Source: Dimargaris cristalligena
Taxonomy: Eukaryota
Length of the DNA stretch: 51,774 bases
Assembly: GCA_003614675.1 (NCBI GenBank)
Contig: ML002273.1
Span: 1 to 51,774, forward strand
Reading direction: 5' to 3'
Part shown: in pieces, positions 1-12,216 of the stretch
Layout of the letters: the number at the start of each line of letters is the position of its first letter
Numbering within the stretch: the first letter of the stretch is position 1
Notes under the pieces: generated by a model
Databases searched by the model: none
The model's input: only the letters and a program-made list of their open reading frames with translations
What the model was told of the DNA's origin: nothing
Translations under genes and position numbers: made by a program

Positions 1-1714
1 CCACGCTTTTGGATATTAGACGCTCAATCAGTGTGAGGGCGGCCTCCTTATCGTTAAGGTCATATGTATAGTGTTTCACCATTAAGTGGGCCACCCGAGT
101 ACTCGGTCGGTCGTGTCGCATGAGCCAGTCGAACAAGGGCCGCGCCCGGTCGGGGTCATTAAGTTGGAAAAAAACGGTCGAGAGATGGTTGGCGACTGCC
201 GGGGGCATAGGTAGGTGGTATTCGTGGTCCATTAGGGTCGGGATGGCCCGTAAATTCACGTAGTCCCTCTTACGGAAGAAATACCGAACAAGACAAACCA
301 CCCACTGGTCCCCGGGTGCCATGATTCGTTGTTTAAAAAAGTTTTCGACATGGGCCACCAAGTTGGCGGCCGCCGAAAATTGCCCAGTCTTGGAGAGGTG
401 CCCCAGAATAGTGGTGTAGATTAGTATCGAGTCGCTGGGCAATATGGTGGATATAGATGTGGATGCGGATACGGATACGGATGAAGATGCCGGTTCAGGA
501 TCGGGGTTAGTTGCGTCACTTGGGTCCGGGGGTTCCGAAGTAAAAACGTCGGTCAGTTGAATAGCAGGTGGTAGGTATCGGGCCTCCAGATGATACAATA
601 ATTTAAGGGCGTAGGAGAGGTGATCAGCAACTATAGAACCCTGCACCAGTTCGGTATACAGTGGTATAGAGAAATGGTAGTAGCGGGTAAAGAGGTGATT
701 CAAACAGAACTCCATGATGGGGCCATATATAGACTGGGTGGTGTCGGTCTGGGCGGCCTGGGCGAGATAGACTAAGGTATCGTTGGCCACGGGCAGGCGG
801 CACGCGAGAAGGAGGCGGGTGGCCGACCAAGAGACATCGAGGTCCTTGGTGACCAAGTGGATATGGCATATCCGGTGGTGGTAGATGGCGGGAGTGAGGC
901 ACCCCGTGTAAAAGAAATTGATTTCCTGCCACATGAAATTAGCCAGGGTCAGGAGACGGTTCCGTACGGCCATCCCGTACAGGTGGTTGTAGGTATCCAG
1001 GTTCAGCACGATAGGGGCGGGGGGGAGCTGGCCGGTTTCGTGGAATAGCAAATCGTCGTGGTACTGCAGTGTGCGCATGCGCTGGTAGATTTCCATGATC
1101 CAGCGCCAGTCGCGCATCACGGGGGTGGAAAACATCAAGGCGAAGGTCCGCGAATTGGGGCGAACGGCGTGGGCGCGTAGAGTATTGAGGACATTGCGGG
1201 CAGCGATAAACTGGTGACGGCGGATCAGGAAATTGATGCGCTGGTTGATAAATTCCAGGGGGAGGGTCGCTGGGTCGGACTTTTCGAACATCCGGAGGAG
1301 CTCCCGGCCCACCGTGACACACTGGTGGTCGGCTAGGCGCTGGTTCACGAGTGTCAGCAGCTCCGTCAACTCATGCAAGCTGATCTGGGCGGCAATGGCG
1401 CCATACTTGGTGATGTCCTTGTACATGCGCCAAGCCTCGGGTGCCCGACGCCCGGCCAGGGCCTCGCGGAAGTCGGCCAGTAGAGTATCCGCGAATATAT
1501 TCGGACGGGCCCCGGGGGACGACAACTCAGCGGGGGTCGAAGGAGAAGGTGGTAGTGGTGGATCGGCCTCGTCGGCTAGACTCCACGAATGGTGGAGCAA
1601 GCGGGCGCTCGGGATCCGCCGAATGGGACAGGAAATGCGAAAGTGCCTGAGGGGAAGCTGGCCCTGGGGAGGGAGTCGCCGACCCAAGCCACGGGCACCG
1701 ACGGACCAGGACAT
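1..1714 (-). CDS. Pentatricopeptide-repeat (PPR)-like, probably mitochondrial protein; 3' partial (runs off the window start)
   Basis: Manually read open frame from ATG 1714 to the window edge, absent from the ORF track because it has no stop. The Arg-rich N-terminus (MSWSVGARGLGRRLPP...RHFRISCPIRRIPSARLL) resembles a mitochondrial presequence. PPR-like helices include FIAARNVLNTLRAHAVRPNSRTFALM, LNLDTYNHLYGM and IYTTILGHLSKTGQFSAAANLV. Confidence 0.7.
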   Translation of the reverse strand, partial: MSWSVGARGLGRRLPPQGQLPLRHFRISCPIRRIPSARLLHHSWSLADEADPPLPPSPSTPAELSSPGARPNIFADTLLADFREALAGRRAPEAWRMYKDITKYGAIAAQISLHELTELLTLVNQRLADHQCVTVGRELLRMFEKSDPATLPLEFINQRINFLIRRHQFIAARNVLNTLRAHAVRPNSRTFALMFSTPVMRDWRWIMEIYQRMRTLQYHDDLLFHETGQLPPAPIVLNLDTYNHLYGMAVRNRLLTLANFMWQEINFFYTGCLTPAIYHHRICHIHLVTKDLDVSWSATRLLLACRLPVANDTLVYLAQAAQTDTTQSIYGPIMEFCLNHLFTRYYHFSIPLYTELVQGSIVADHLSYALKLLYHLEARYLPPAIQLTDVFTSEPPDPSDATNPDPEPASSSVSVSASTSISTILPSDSILIYTTILGHLSKTGQFSAAANLVAHVENFFKQRIMAPGDQWVVCLVRYFFRKRDYVNLRAIPTLMDHEYHLPMPPAVANHLSTVFFQLNDPDRARPLFDWLMRHDRPSTRVAHLMVKHYTYDLNDKEAALTLIERLISKSV

Positions 1715-2310
1715 GGAGAAGAGCGGGGTGGGGGATTCGAGGGGGCCCAGTCAAGGAGAGTAAAAGGGACTTAATAATAGAGGCATGTAGTAAGAGTTAT
1801 GGAATCCAAGTGACCCATGTCATCCAACCGTAAGCGACCAGGCGGTGGGGTGCAATTGCAGCACCAGGAAAGCGATCGCCCCGTAAGATAGGAAGGGTCT
1901 AGCCGCAGTGCAGGGCTGGCCCCCATAGACTTGGAGTGTGCGGTATCTAACCTAATTCTATATATTCGCCTGATTAAATACAGGCGTATTTCCATTTGGC
2001 CTTGGCCAACAGGGCCAAAATGGGGGGGTTTAAAGTAGACTGGCCGTTCTATTTCGTGATATTATAGCAAAATAGCGCCTATTCTGCTCTTTAGCAGCCC
2101 CATTAAACAAACAGGTGGGCGCCGGAATTCAGACAATGGGAAGGGCTAATATGGGAGAAGATGTGGCTAATTTGAAACTTGAGTGGCCTTGCCGTAGGAG
2201 TTGAGGCATAGGCTAAATACCAATTCCCGGGATATTGGCAATCGATATGTGAAAGGGGCTATTATTGCTGGAGACTGACTGCCTTGTCTATTTTCTTTAA
2301 ATACAGGGCC

Positions 2311-2313
<3 letters not shown>

Positions 2314-2342
<29 letters not shown>
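2314..2342. repeat. (TA)n microsatellite
   Basis: Perfect TA run in the divergent PPR/YEA4 intergenic region. Confidence 0.95.
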
Positions 2343-2344
<2 letters not shown>

Positions 2345-2734
2345 TATTCATAGAATAAACCACGGGTTTGCCCGGCCGACTAGGCAGATGACGATTGTGT
2401 TGAATAGCTCTACTAGGAAGAGAGGTACCTCCTCGGCGGTTTTCGGCGGGGACCGCAGCGTCCTTCTCCTCCCCTATACATTGGTTGCAATAAATCCAAT
2501 GGCGCTGTGCTTTAAAGAATAATAGAGCCCTACCTATCTGCGTGACCATGGCAGCTATTATCCTTTCCCTTTACTAATAACTACTACTTTCTTCTATATT
2601 ATCTGCTTGCAACCCCCCCCAGGGCTGCTCCTCATTCCTTTTGGCCCTTGAACCGGCCATACCGCCACACCCCCTTTACCAGCCACTACTCCTAGCAGGG
2701 TGACTCATTCTTTCCCCCCTTTCCTTCTTCCGGC

Positions 2735-3826
2735 ATGTCGTCCAAGTCGTCCCCGACTGCCTCCCTGAGGCGATGGTGGCCCCTAGCCCTCCCCGACTGG
2801 GCCCTGATATCCGCACTGGTCTTTGGCGGGTGCTGCAGCAACGTCTATACGCTCGAAAGCATCGTCACCGCCGTCCCGGATGCTGGCAACCTCATCACCT
2901 TTGCCCAGTTTGTTGTGGTGTCCCTCGAGGGTCTGTTCCGCCATGTCCAGTTCCATTCGCCGTCCGACCCCACCCACTGGTCCTGGCCCCGCCTCAAGCC
3001 CCGGGTGGTGCCCCTGTACGATTGGCTGGTCATGGTGGTGCTCTACTTCCTGGTGTCTATTCTGAACAACTGGGCCCTGGCCTTCCACATCTCTGTGCCT
3101 CTGCACATTGTGTTCCGCTCGGGCAGTCTCATGGTGAATATGGTGGCCGGCTACCTGGTCCTGGGGAAACGCTACTCCACCATGCAGGTCGCTGCCGTGG
3201 CTCTAGTGACCGCCGGCGTCGTTACCGCGACCCTCGGCTCGACGCACTCGGAACAGCGACTCCTCAGCCATACGGGCGACACCTTCTCCGAGTGGCTTAT
3301 GGGCATTGGTCTGTTGGCGCTGGCCATGCTACTAATTGCCGTGCTGGGTCTGTACCAAGAGGTCACCTACCGCAAGTACAATAATGCCTGGCGGGAGGGC
3401 CTGTTCTACAACCACTTTTTGGCTCTGCCGCTGTTCCTACCCCTATGGCCCCGCATTCAGACCCAGATTAGCGTGTTGAACCAGTCCGCCCCCATGGCCG
3501 TATCCGTGCCGGGCATGACCTGGGTCATCCCGTCTTTGTGGCTCTTCCTCTCTCTCAATGTCGCCACCCAGTACCTCTGCGCAACCGGTGTCAATCGGCT
3601 TACCGCGGTGGCCACCTCCCTCACCGTGAATCTGGTCCTGAATATCCGCAAACTCATCTCGTTGATCCTATCGGTTATCATTTTTAGCAACCCCATGTCC
3701 CGCCAGACTATGGTGGGCTGTTTCTTGGTCTTTGTGGGCTCCGTCATTTATTCTCAGGCCGGTCGCCGGGCCTCTCCTTCCCCCAACACTCCAACCCCCA
3801 CTCCTGCCACCAAGAAGCAGCAGTAG
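2735..3826 (+). CDS. YEA4: UDP-N-acetylglucosamine/UDP-xylose transporter (UAA family, YEA4/SLC35B4)
   Basis: Family motifs FGGCCSNVYTLE, GNLITFAQF, ISVPLHIVFRSG, WREGLFYNHFL and LNIRKLISL. About 10 TM segments and a C-terminal KKQQ di-lysine ER signal. Single exon. Confidence 0.93.
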   Translation: MSSKSSPTASLRRWWPLALPDWALISALVFGGCCSNVYTLESIVTAVPDAGNLITFAQFVVVSLEGLFRHVQFHSPSDPTHWSWPRLKPRVVPLYDWLVMVVLYFLVSILNNWALAFHISVPLHIVFRSGSLMVNMVAGYLVLGKRYSTMQVAAVALVTAGVVTATLGSTHSEQRLLSHTGDTFSEWLMGIGLLALAMLLIAVLGLYQEVTYRKYNNAWREGLFYNHFLALPLFLPLWPRIQTQISVLNQSAPMAVSVPGMTWVIPSLWLFLSLNVATQYLCATGVNRLTAVATSLTVNLVLNIRKLISLILSVIIFSNPMSRQTMVGCFLVFVGSVIYSQAGRRASPSPNTPTPTPATKKQQ

Positions 3827-5558
3827 GAGGTATACTGGAGACCATGGATATTACCGAAATGGGAAGAGGGGGCATTGCCAGTGGCCCCGTCCACCAAACA
3901 GCCTCACGGCCGACCATATCCAGGGCCAGCTTTTCACGATTCATTTCTCACTTTCCGCGTACAGTTACTTTCTTTCGTCTATTCATTTTATTATTATTTC
4001 GCCTTTTACCTATTGCAAATATTTTGGACACACTGGTCCAGTCTGCATTCTGTGTATATCAATATTATGCTTGAGTTGGGGAGTCCGTGATTCTTTATGA
4101 ATTCTGTCGCCACTACTTTCAATCTTCATCTGTATCTATCTCGAGGTAGCGTATGTTTGGTTTAGATTTTATCGTTCCATTAACATCCCCCATGACCTTA
4201 AACCTACGCTTAAATTAAAGTTATATATAGGGATTGAATTGGGTTTATAACATAGTATATCGGTCAATGGAATTGCCCTCTCAACAGTGGTCGAGGGTAT
4301 TCACTGCTTCTCGTATGTAAGGATTCTATAGAGCTGGTAGTAGTCTGGCCATTGCCCATATATGCTGCGGATACTATTTAGGTTCCGAGATTACCTAATC
4401 CTAATTCGCCTCCGAGCCCCATAATAATTACCTTATGTTGTCCAGCGGTCTACAACCTGTGATGGCGGCATAATAATGATGTTACATGTACGCTAGCCGG
4501 GTCGATATTTCTGCTGAAGCAATCGTGTCAACCCCTTACCTAATAACTCCGGAGTAAAGAAACAGCAAATGCTCATGCAACGGACCATACTTGCAGTAGT
4601 GATCTTAGTCCATTTTCACTTGCGTTAAAGCCAACCATGTTCCCCGGTGATGCTTTAAATATCCTGGACTTGGTGCGGTAAAGTCCCTCGCATAGTCAAC
4701 GCCAATGATTTCAAAGCGGATGGCCCAAGTGGGTTGCTCTTTCTTGGAGGAAGGCTGAGAGCTACTGGCATCTACTCTACCCCGGCCCCCATTATCCCGC
4801 CTGGAATTGGGAGAATTTGGCCTCCAGGTTAGACGGGCTTACAAGGAAAGGGACGCAGTACCATGGGTGGTTCGTTTAATGGCCAGGATTCGGGTTATGA
4901 ACAGTCAGGCCTGCCCAAGAATTATCCCAAAGACGGGCGACTATCCATGTTTCCATTGCGGTTATACATAGACCGTCCTCCACCGGGGACGTGCTGACCA
5001 TTCTAATTGATATATTTGAGGAATAACAGTCCAGTCCCCCCTAATACTATACAGTAGAAGGCGAATGATATTGTAAATAACCACTTTTATTATAACTTAT
5101 ATGTATTTCATAAGCAGGCGGGGAGGCGGGGGGCTGCAGAAGGTCCATGGATAACATAGAAAATTGTTTGTGGTGTAAACCTGCCCATGACACCTAATTA
5201 CAGGTCAAACTAGGCTGCTGTGTTTTTATGATTGAAGAAAATATATACCACCACCACTCGGTAAATAAAACATGCCCATTTCACTCCCACATCCATCCTT
5301 TAATTCGGAGCTTCATGGTCAATACCGGCTCATTGCCTAAACTCATTTACTCTTGAATTGAGAAGAACCTGTTCCGGCTATTACGCATTGCTCTCATTTG
5401 CTTATCCCATTTCCTCTTTTCCCCCCTCTTTAGCAATTATTTATAGCCGTAAACTCTATTATTATTATTCTGTAACACATTCAGAAAGCGCGACTCCATA
5501 GCTCAACTGCAGTCAATTCACCATACTCGTTCATTCAGCCTTTCACAGATAGTCCACC

Positions 5559-6671
5559 ATGTCTGAGCGTAAAGTATTAAACAAGGTAAGAAAACCCCTC
5601 TCCTACGCCACCTATTCCGTGTCCCCCATAATGCCCCAGGCGCTGTTCCTTGGCGGCCATTGCAAAATTCGACCTGAAAATACCTAAACTAACCGCATTC
5701 CCACTGAACCTATCTACCATGACCGTTCAACCTACTCTGAAATGCAACCTCTTCGCCACTGTAATTAGTACTACCCCCCAGACTTCGACCCGGCGCTCAT
5801 TCCCCGGGCCAAGCGGCCCAAGGTCCAGCAGCATAAGGTGCGTTTGATGGCTCCGTATTCGATGCGCTGCAACACCTGTGGCGAATTCATTGCCCAGAAA
5901 AAGAAATTCAACGCCCGTAAGGAGTCCGTAGTGGGTGAAATGTACCTCAACATCCAGGTGTTCCGGTTCTACATTCGCTGCCCCCGCTGTGCGGCCGAAA
6001 TTACCTTCAAAACCGATCCCCAAAATGTAGACTACGTACCGGAACACGGCGCCAAGCGCAATTTCGAGAACGCTGCGAGCACGTCCCAAACCCCCGATGA
6101 GCGTCGGAAAAAGCGGGAGGAAGAGGAAGCCAACGATCCCATGAAGGCCCTAGAAAACCGAACGCTGGAATCGAAACGGGAGATGGAAGAGCTCGACGCA
6201 CTTGATGAACTGCGCACCCGAAGCGCCCGTTCGGCGCGCGTAGATACCGATAAACTGCTCGAGACCCTTCGGGAAGACCAGGTGCCCGAGGAAGAGGAAC
6301 CCGAGTTTACGGAAGAAGAGGAGCAGATGATCAAGGATTTGTTCAAGGCCAAGAAGGAGATGCCTCCACCGGCCGCCGTTTCTAGCCAAGATCATGTCCG
6401 AGAGGCCAAGGCCCGCCTACTTGGCCCCCTACACGCTACCCAGGATGGCCCTAAAATACCTTCCTTCGCCGCCCGGCGGACCAATACTAATTCAGCTTTA
6501 GCCGAGCAACTTGGTGTAGTTTTACGGAAACCCGCACCAGTTACCCCCGCCCCAAAACCCATCCCCCAGCCTGCCCAGGCTCTACCTGAGCCAGTATCGA
6601 ATCTGACTGATCTACTTGGCGCTTATGACTCGAGCGACCAAGAGAGTTCGTCGGTAAAGAGCGATGATTAA
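5559..6671 (+). CDS. YJU2: Splicing factor YJU2/CWC16 (CCDC94); exons 5559-5585, 5769-6671
   Basis: Spliced N-terminus MSERKVLNK|YYPPDFDP, then VRLMAPYSMRCNTCGEFI...KKFNARKE...FRFYIRCPRC...FKTDPQN. Intron GTAAGA...TAG. Confidence 0.95.
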
Positions 6672-7735
6672 ATGAATTACATTTTTATACCGAAAGATCC
6701 AACGGCAGCGTTTGCAAGGCAGGGCATGTTCCAGATGTCCAATAAGAAAAAATAGTAAAGGCCAACTGAAAAATAAATGTCGTGCATAGCTCATTTCTAA
6801 GGCAAGCTCTAATTTAAACTGTTGCTCATTAATACTGGAAGAGCGCATATCAAGCAATGGGGCAGAATTGCTGAGAGAAGGCATGCCATTCGGCCGGCCT
6901 AAGATTGGCATTGCATTTCTATTGAGCCAGCGTTATCTAATCGCGTACCCCCACATTTTTCTCTGCAGTATTTTCTGCGAAATATTTGGACCTAATAAAA
7001 TATTAATCCCAGTACCATTCCCTATTTAGGGGCGATTTCAGACACTAAATCGCCCCGTCCCCTATGAATGTTCGGTGAACGCCCCTCGCTATTCTTAGAA
7101 TCGCCAGGTTCAGCCACTGTTGGACTGCAGCCTACGACTGGAATTACTGGGGAAGCCGGGTTGAAATTCAGTCGTTTGCGTATGGTTAAAGTCGACGATG
7201 CCTCTAATTATAATGCAAGTATCGGGACGTGAGGGTAAAGATCGGGGCGAGGTTTAGTCAGTGGGGCCTTATATAGGGCCCATACCACCGCCACCCTGCT
7301 TCTGGTGGTGCTTCCCTCTTTTTAGTTGCATGTAGTACACATATTTCCTTCCTAATCAGTAGTCAGGTCCTCCTGCAATCAATCGCCAGTTCCAGAATAT
7401 AGTTTTATCGACTGGCTTCAATAATATTCGGAATTTGGATGCCATAGGTGATCTACTGAACCTAGTGAATATCGCACTTTCTTCTGCTTACACCCTCTCT
7501 TCCGATCTTATTCACTCCAAAATCTACTAGTCCATCTGAATTCAATATTACACTAAAACTTCATCCAACTCGAAATATAACTGTATTTTATCAACTTTAT
7601 TGTGCCAAAAAAATTACCGCTGTATACATACCCAGCGCATCTCACCACACCTATATTGCCACGAGCACCATCCCCAAACTCACAAAAAGCTCCCCTACTT
7701 TCGACTCCGATATTTGCGAGCTTACCTGTACAACA

Positions 7736-9583
7736 ATGGGTCAACATAATTCCCAATTAACCATCAGGCCCGTTTGCCACACTCCCGCCCCCGTGATTCT
7801 GCCCAGTGAACTGCTTAAAACCGAGACACCCTGTCTATTCTCAACCAAGACCCATTTAGACGATATAACCATCGGCCCGCCCCTTCCACCTCCGATTCCC
7901 AAGCCTATTGATCCCAACAGCCCAGCCCACCATTGCTGGCTAGCACCGCAACAGTGGACCCTGGAGCCTATTTACTGTCCATTCCCCTGCTGGACTAAGC
8001 GCTGCATTTTGGGGGTGACTGCCTTGGCTGGTACGGTGGCCCCACTGGCCTCCAATATTTTTTTACCTGCTTTACCCAGTATAGCCCATGGCCTCGGCAC
8101 ATCGGTGCACCAGGTCAGCCTGGCCATTTCGGTTTTTATGGTGGGCATGGCCCTTGGCCCCCTCTTGTGGGGACCCCTTGCTGACCGCTATGGACGACGG
8201 GCCGCCTACGGTCCTGGGTTTTTGCTATGCGTCGCCGCCTCCGTGTGCTGTGCCCTCGCCCCTAACATCCAGACCCTGATTGCGGCCCGTTTTTTCCAAT
8301 CCCTTGGGGGCTCCACTAGTATGGTGGTGGGAGCGGGTACCATTAGCGACTTATACGAGCCCCACGAACGAGGCACGGCCTTGGGCCTTTTCTTTAGTGG
8401 ACAGATGCTAGGCCCCGTCGTGGGGACGGTGTGCGGGGGTTACATTGCGCAGGGGTGGGGATGGCGGTGGGTATTTTGGGTCACGGCCCTGGTAGCCGGG
8501 CTATCCGGCCTTTGCCTAACCGTACTCCTGCCCGAGACTCATCGACCAACGGTGGCTAGGCGCTACGGAATCGATTTAAAGGGGTTAACGGTCGAACAGC
8601 CCCGTCGACTAGCGGCCATGCTGAACATATTTCCGTTACTGCGCTTCCCGTACGTAGCACTGCCCATCATTTGCTCAGCCTGCTTTTTCGGTACGTTATA
8701 CGGAATAAAAACTATCATACCCGTCGTGTTGACCAGCGCGTACGGACTTTCGTCGGCACAGACCGGCCTGTGTTTCATTTCCATCGGCGTCGGAAATATA
8801 GTAGGTTCTTTATTAGGCGGTTACATTGCGGACTGGACCATGAACCACTGTCAGCCAACGGGCGCTTCGGACATATTTCCTAACAAGCCCCTCATTGAAC
8901 CATGTTCAGGGTCGTCCGCCCCTGTTGAGCGTCGTCTACAGCTGCTATTAGTGACCACCGTTTTATTTCCCGTGGCATTAACGGCCTACGGCTGGTGCCT
9001 TGACCGTCATTCTAGCATCCCTCTCCTAATGGCCCTTCAATTCATATGTAAGTTGAGCTTCTCCCTGCTCATATTTAACTGGCTTTATACGAATTACTGA
9101 ACGAATCGGAATCACCCATTGATTCATTAGAGTGAAGCACACCAGCTAACCCTGCTCAGGAGCCCCTCCCCTTGCACACAGAAATTTGCCTAATCACTCA
9201 GCCTGTAGTAGCTAACCAAGACCCTATATCGCTCCATCCCACTTATCTACGGAACTGCCCAAATGGGGGTACCGTACTATACCACCCTGACTTGCCCTTT
9301 AACGGAACCAGTAAGCGTAGCCATGCACGCCACGTTCTCCGGGCTTTCCGCCTACCTGGTTGATCTATTCAGTGATCGGAGCGCCAGCATCACCTCACTG
9401 GCCAACTTTTTCCGGTGCCTCTATGGGGCCCTTTGGACTGGTGTAATTGAACTTGTCGGACGATCCCTGGGAACGGGATGGTCCCTAACACTGCTGTCGG
9501 GAATATGTCTCCTGAGTTCGGGCCTCATTTACACGCTTTACTGGAAAGGGTCCCAGTGGCGGTCCAAGCAACCTCCCCAATGA
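7736..9583 (+). CDS. MFS transporter, DHA1 (drug:H+ antiporter) type; exons 7736-9047 and ~9312-9583
   Basis: Motif A GPLADRYGRR, APLASNIFLPALP, GAGTISDLYEPHERG and WGWRWVFW. Donor GTAAGT at 9048; acceptor at 9311 (or in-frame 9320) restores the last TMs (SAYLVDLF...NFFRCLYGA). Confidence 0.9.
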
Positions 9584-9787
9584 TAAATAACTCCCCCCAT
9601 TGAACCTGCCATTTAGGCAACTTATATACACCAACTATATTTATTAATTAATCCGGAATGTTAAAATAAATGATGCGTCAGATGGATGGGCAGGGCGGCA
9701 AGTCGGAATTTTAATTAATATCTGCATTAATAAGCCAAGGGGCTGTGAGCCCCCACCACATCATCACATGCCCGTCGATTATCCCAT

Positions 9788-11163
9788 TTAAACGACGGAA
9801 ACCCATACAGACCATCCAACCAGGGCCAAAACGCCGTACTGTACCATGGTCTGATACCACGACGGTGACGAACGCACTGCCTGGAGGGTCGCTGGTTCGC
9901 TAAGAGGGGGAGACGAACTGGGGGGAGAAGTGGAGGATTCCGCCGTTACCGGTGGAGCAGCGGAGCCAATGCTGGGCACCCATTCCGCTATCGACTGGGG
10001 GAGTGTCCGGGTGAGTTCCACATTTTGAACCCCGCCGAGGAAATCAGTTAATGGGACTTGGTCGAGTGGTTTGGGATAAAGGTCAGTGCGAACGGCGGGG
10101 TGAGAGTTGATCAGGCTCGGGTCGTACGAGTCGAACAACTGCCGAAACGTCGTTTGGCTATGCGAATCCACATTCTCCAAAAATTCCAAGTTAAAGTAGG
10201 TAAAGCGATCAATCACGGAGACACCGAGGTCGTGATCGTGGAAGTAGGAGTAGGAGTTTTCCCCCTTGGCACTGGAGCCGACACTGACAATGTTGGGGGA
10301 GTAGAACTGGGTATACATGGTATTCGCCTGGCAGGTGTCAACCATAAACAGAATCTCGCGGTACCGCTGCTTTTCCCACATTTGGGCAAAGGCATCGGCC
10401 AGATCATGGCTGCTGATTTCCTCGGCATCCTGGAACTTGAGAAAGCCGTCGCCACCGTGGCCGGTCATATAAATAAAAACATTGGACTTGTCGTCGGTAA
10501 GCAATCGCTTGGAACGTGGGGTCTGGGGGTGAACCCGCCCGGTGAGCAAGCGGATGAAGTTTTCAACCGTGACGTCGTAACCGCGGTAGTCTACTCCGAC
10601 GTTCTGGCCATATAAATCAATATGCTTGCTCGGGTGGTCATACACAGTACCCGGTACCTTATTACGGGAGTTGCACGCGGCATCGTCCGCCAGCATTAGA
10701 ATAATGTTGGAGTCAGGTATACCCAGGCGTTTAACGGTTCGGTACATGGACAATGTATTGGCCATATGGCGGTAGTTGAACCAGAAGCGTGATGTGCAAA
10801 CCTGGCAAAGTAATGGCATATCAAAGACAGTAGGGAAGTAGTAGGTAGGAGGGGAGGGGTTAGGAAAAGTCCGCTGAGCCATATGAAAAACAGCAAGCTT
10901 ATGGGCGGAATAACCGCAAGGAGGTCGGCGGAATTCGGGAACCAACCGAAAGACAGATGCCAAATAACGGCGAGCACGGCTCTGGCGCAATCCCACTGTC
11001 GACTTACTAGTACAGCCCAATTATTGGTGTGCTCGTGCGGCCGAAAGAAATTCTCTACTTGCTGCTCGGGCTGGGCCGAGGACCCGTGGTCCGCAAGAAC
11101 ACCGGACCCCCCTATACAGGTGAGCAGGGTCCCACAGAAGGCCAAGATGAGGTATGGTTTCAT
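9788..11163 (-). CDS. GPI8: GPI-anchor transamidase catalytic subunit GPI8/PIG-K; exons 11163-11008, 10801-9788
   Basis: Signal peptide followed by HTNNWAVL|VCTSRFWFNYRH. C13-peptidase catalytic His (YMTGHGG) and Cys (DTCQA). C-terminal TM. Intron GTAAGT...CAG. Confidence 0.96.
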
Positions 11164-11680
11164 GGTACGGAAAGCGGGAAATGCGAGGTTGGGATATATA
11201 TAGAGAAGAGAAAGGGCAGCAAAGTCACGTAAAGGATTGGTAAAATAAGTTAAGTAGAGGCGGTGTAGGGCAAGGGTACTGTTAATAGGCAATGAGCAAT
11301 GGCCAAAGGCAGAATAATAGAGGATAGATATTGGGAGTCAACTAGCAAAAAGTAGCGAAGTATTCCCTAGAACTTAGTAGACCATTTCCCCTACAACTCT
11401 TCTCCTTAAGTGCTTGGGAATATATTGGCAGCGAATGAGAAGGGGTAAAACTCACTATACCCGCCACCAAGTCGTGCTAACCCTACGAGCTCTTTATACC
11501 CTCAATTGTTTTTACAGACGTTCTCCCCCATTCACCTTACCGATCATTCTGGTCTGTCAAGCCTTGCTTTGCCCACAATCCTCGAATCCATCACAGCCAC
11601 TTCAACTACTCCTTTAAGTTTACCATTACCCCTTTTCCCCCTAAATTCCCCTTTTCCCCCAAACCCCCGAGATTCACACC

Positions 11681-12216
11681 ATGCGTCAAAACTTCATTGG
11701 AATGGTGGTCAACACCGCCGCCAAAAAGACCGCCAAGGTACGCGTGGCTCACCAGCGTCTGCACCCCAAGGTCCAAAAGGTAAGGAGCGTTTCCCCGGAG
11801 CCCACTCCCAAGCCAGGGAAGGGCATATGCGAGCCCTTTACCCCGATTAGCCGAAGCAGCCCGCCCGCATTCCTTAAAGTACGCTTGTGATCTCGGGCTG
11901 TTCATGAGTGGCCTAGTGCCTGGCTGTAACTACCCACCCCCCCGCCACATACACACACGCAAACTAACTCTAACCCCCCTCCCTGTGGTCCCTTTATTAT
12001 TCGTACCTCGCACCACGGCATTCTCTACGGGTATAGATCGTGACTCGCCATACCAATTTCCTAGTACATGATGCGAGAGAAAAATGTTCTGTAGGGGACG
12101 TAGTTCGTATCGAGGCCTGCCGCAAAATCAGCAAACGCAAGGCCTTTGCCGTGGCCGAAATCATCAAGCCCGCCGACACTTATACTGATCCCGAAACCGG
12201 TACCGTCTATCGGTAA
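11681..12216 (+). CDS. MRPS17: Mitochondrial ribosomal protein uS17m; exons 11681-11779, 12037-12216
   Basis: [10 protein letters not shown]...KKTAKVRV...[18 protein letters not shown]...[27 protein letters not shown] matches the S17 family pattern. Intron GTAAGG...TAG. Confidence 0.92.

Noticed and set aside
624-1774. Short ORF-track entries at the window start
   Set aside because: They overlap the long minus-strand PPR-like frame that runs off the edge.
10802-11020. ORF-track N-terminus of the 410-aa GPI8 ORF (MGCTSKSTVG...)
   Set aside because: Mostly intron read-through; the conserved HTNNWAVL|VCTSRFW junction defines the true exon 1.
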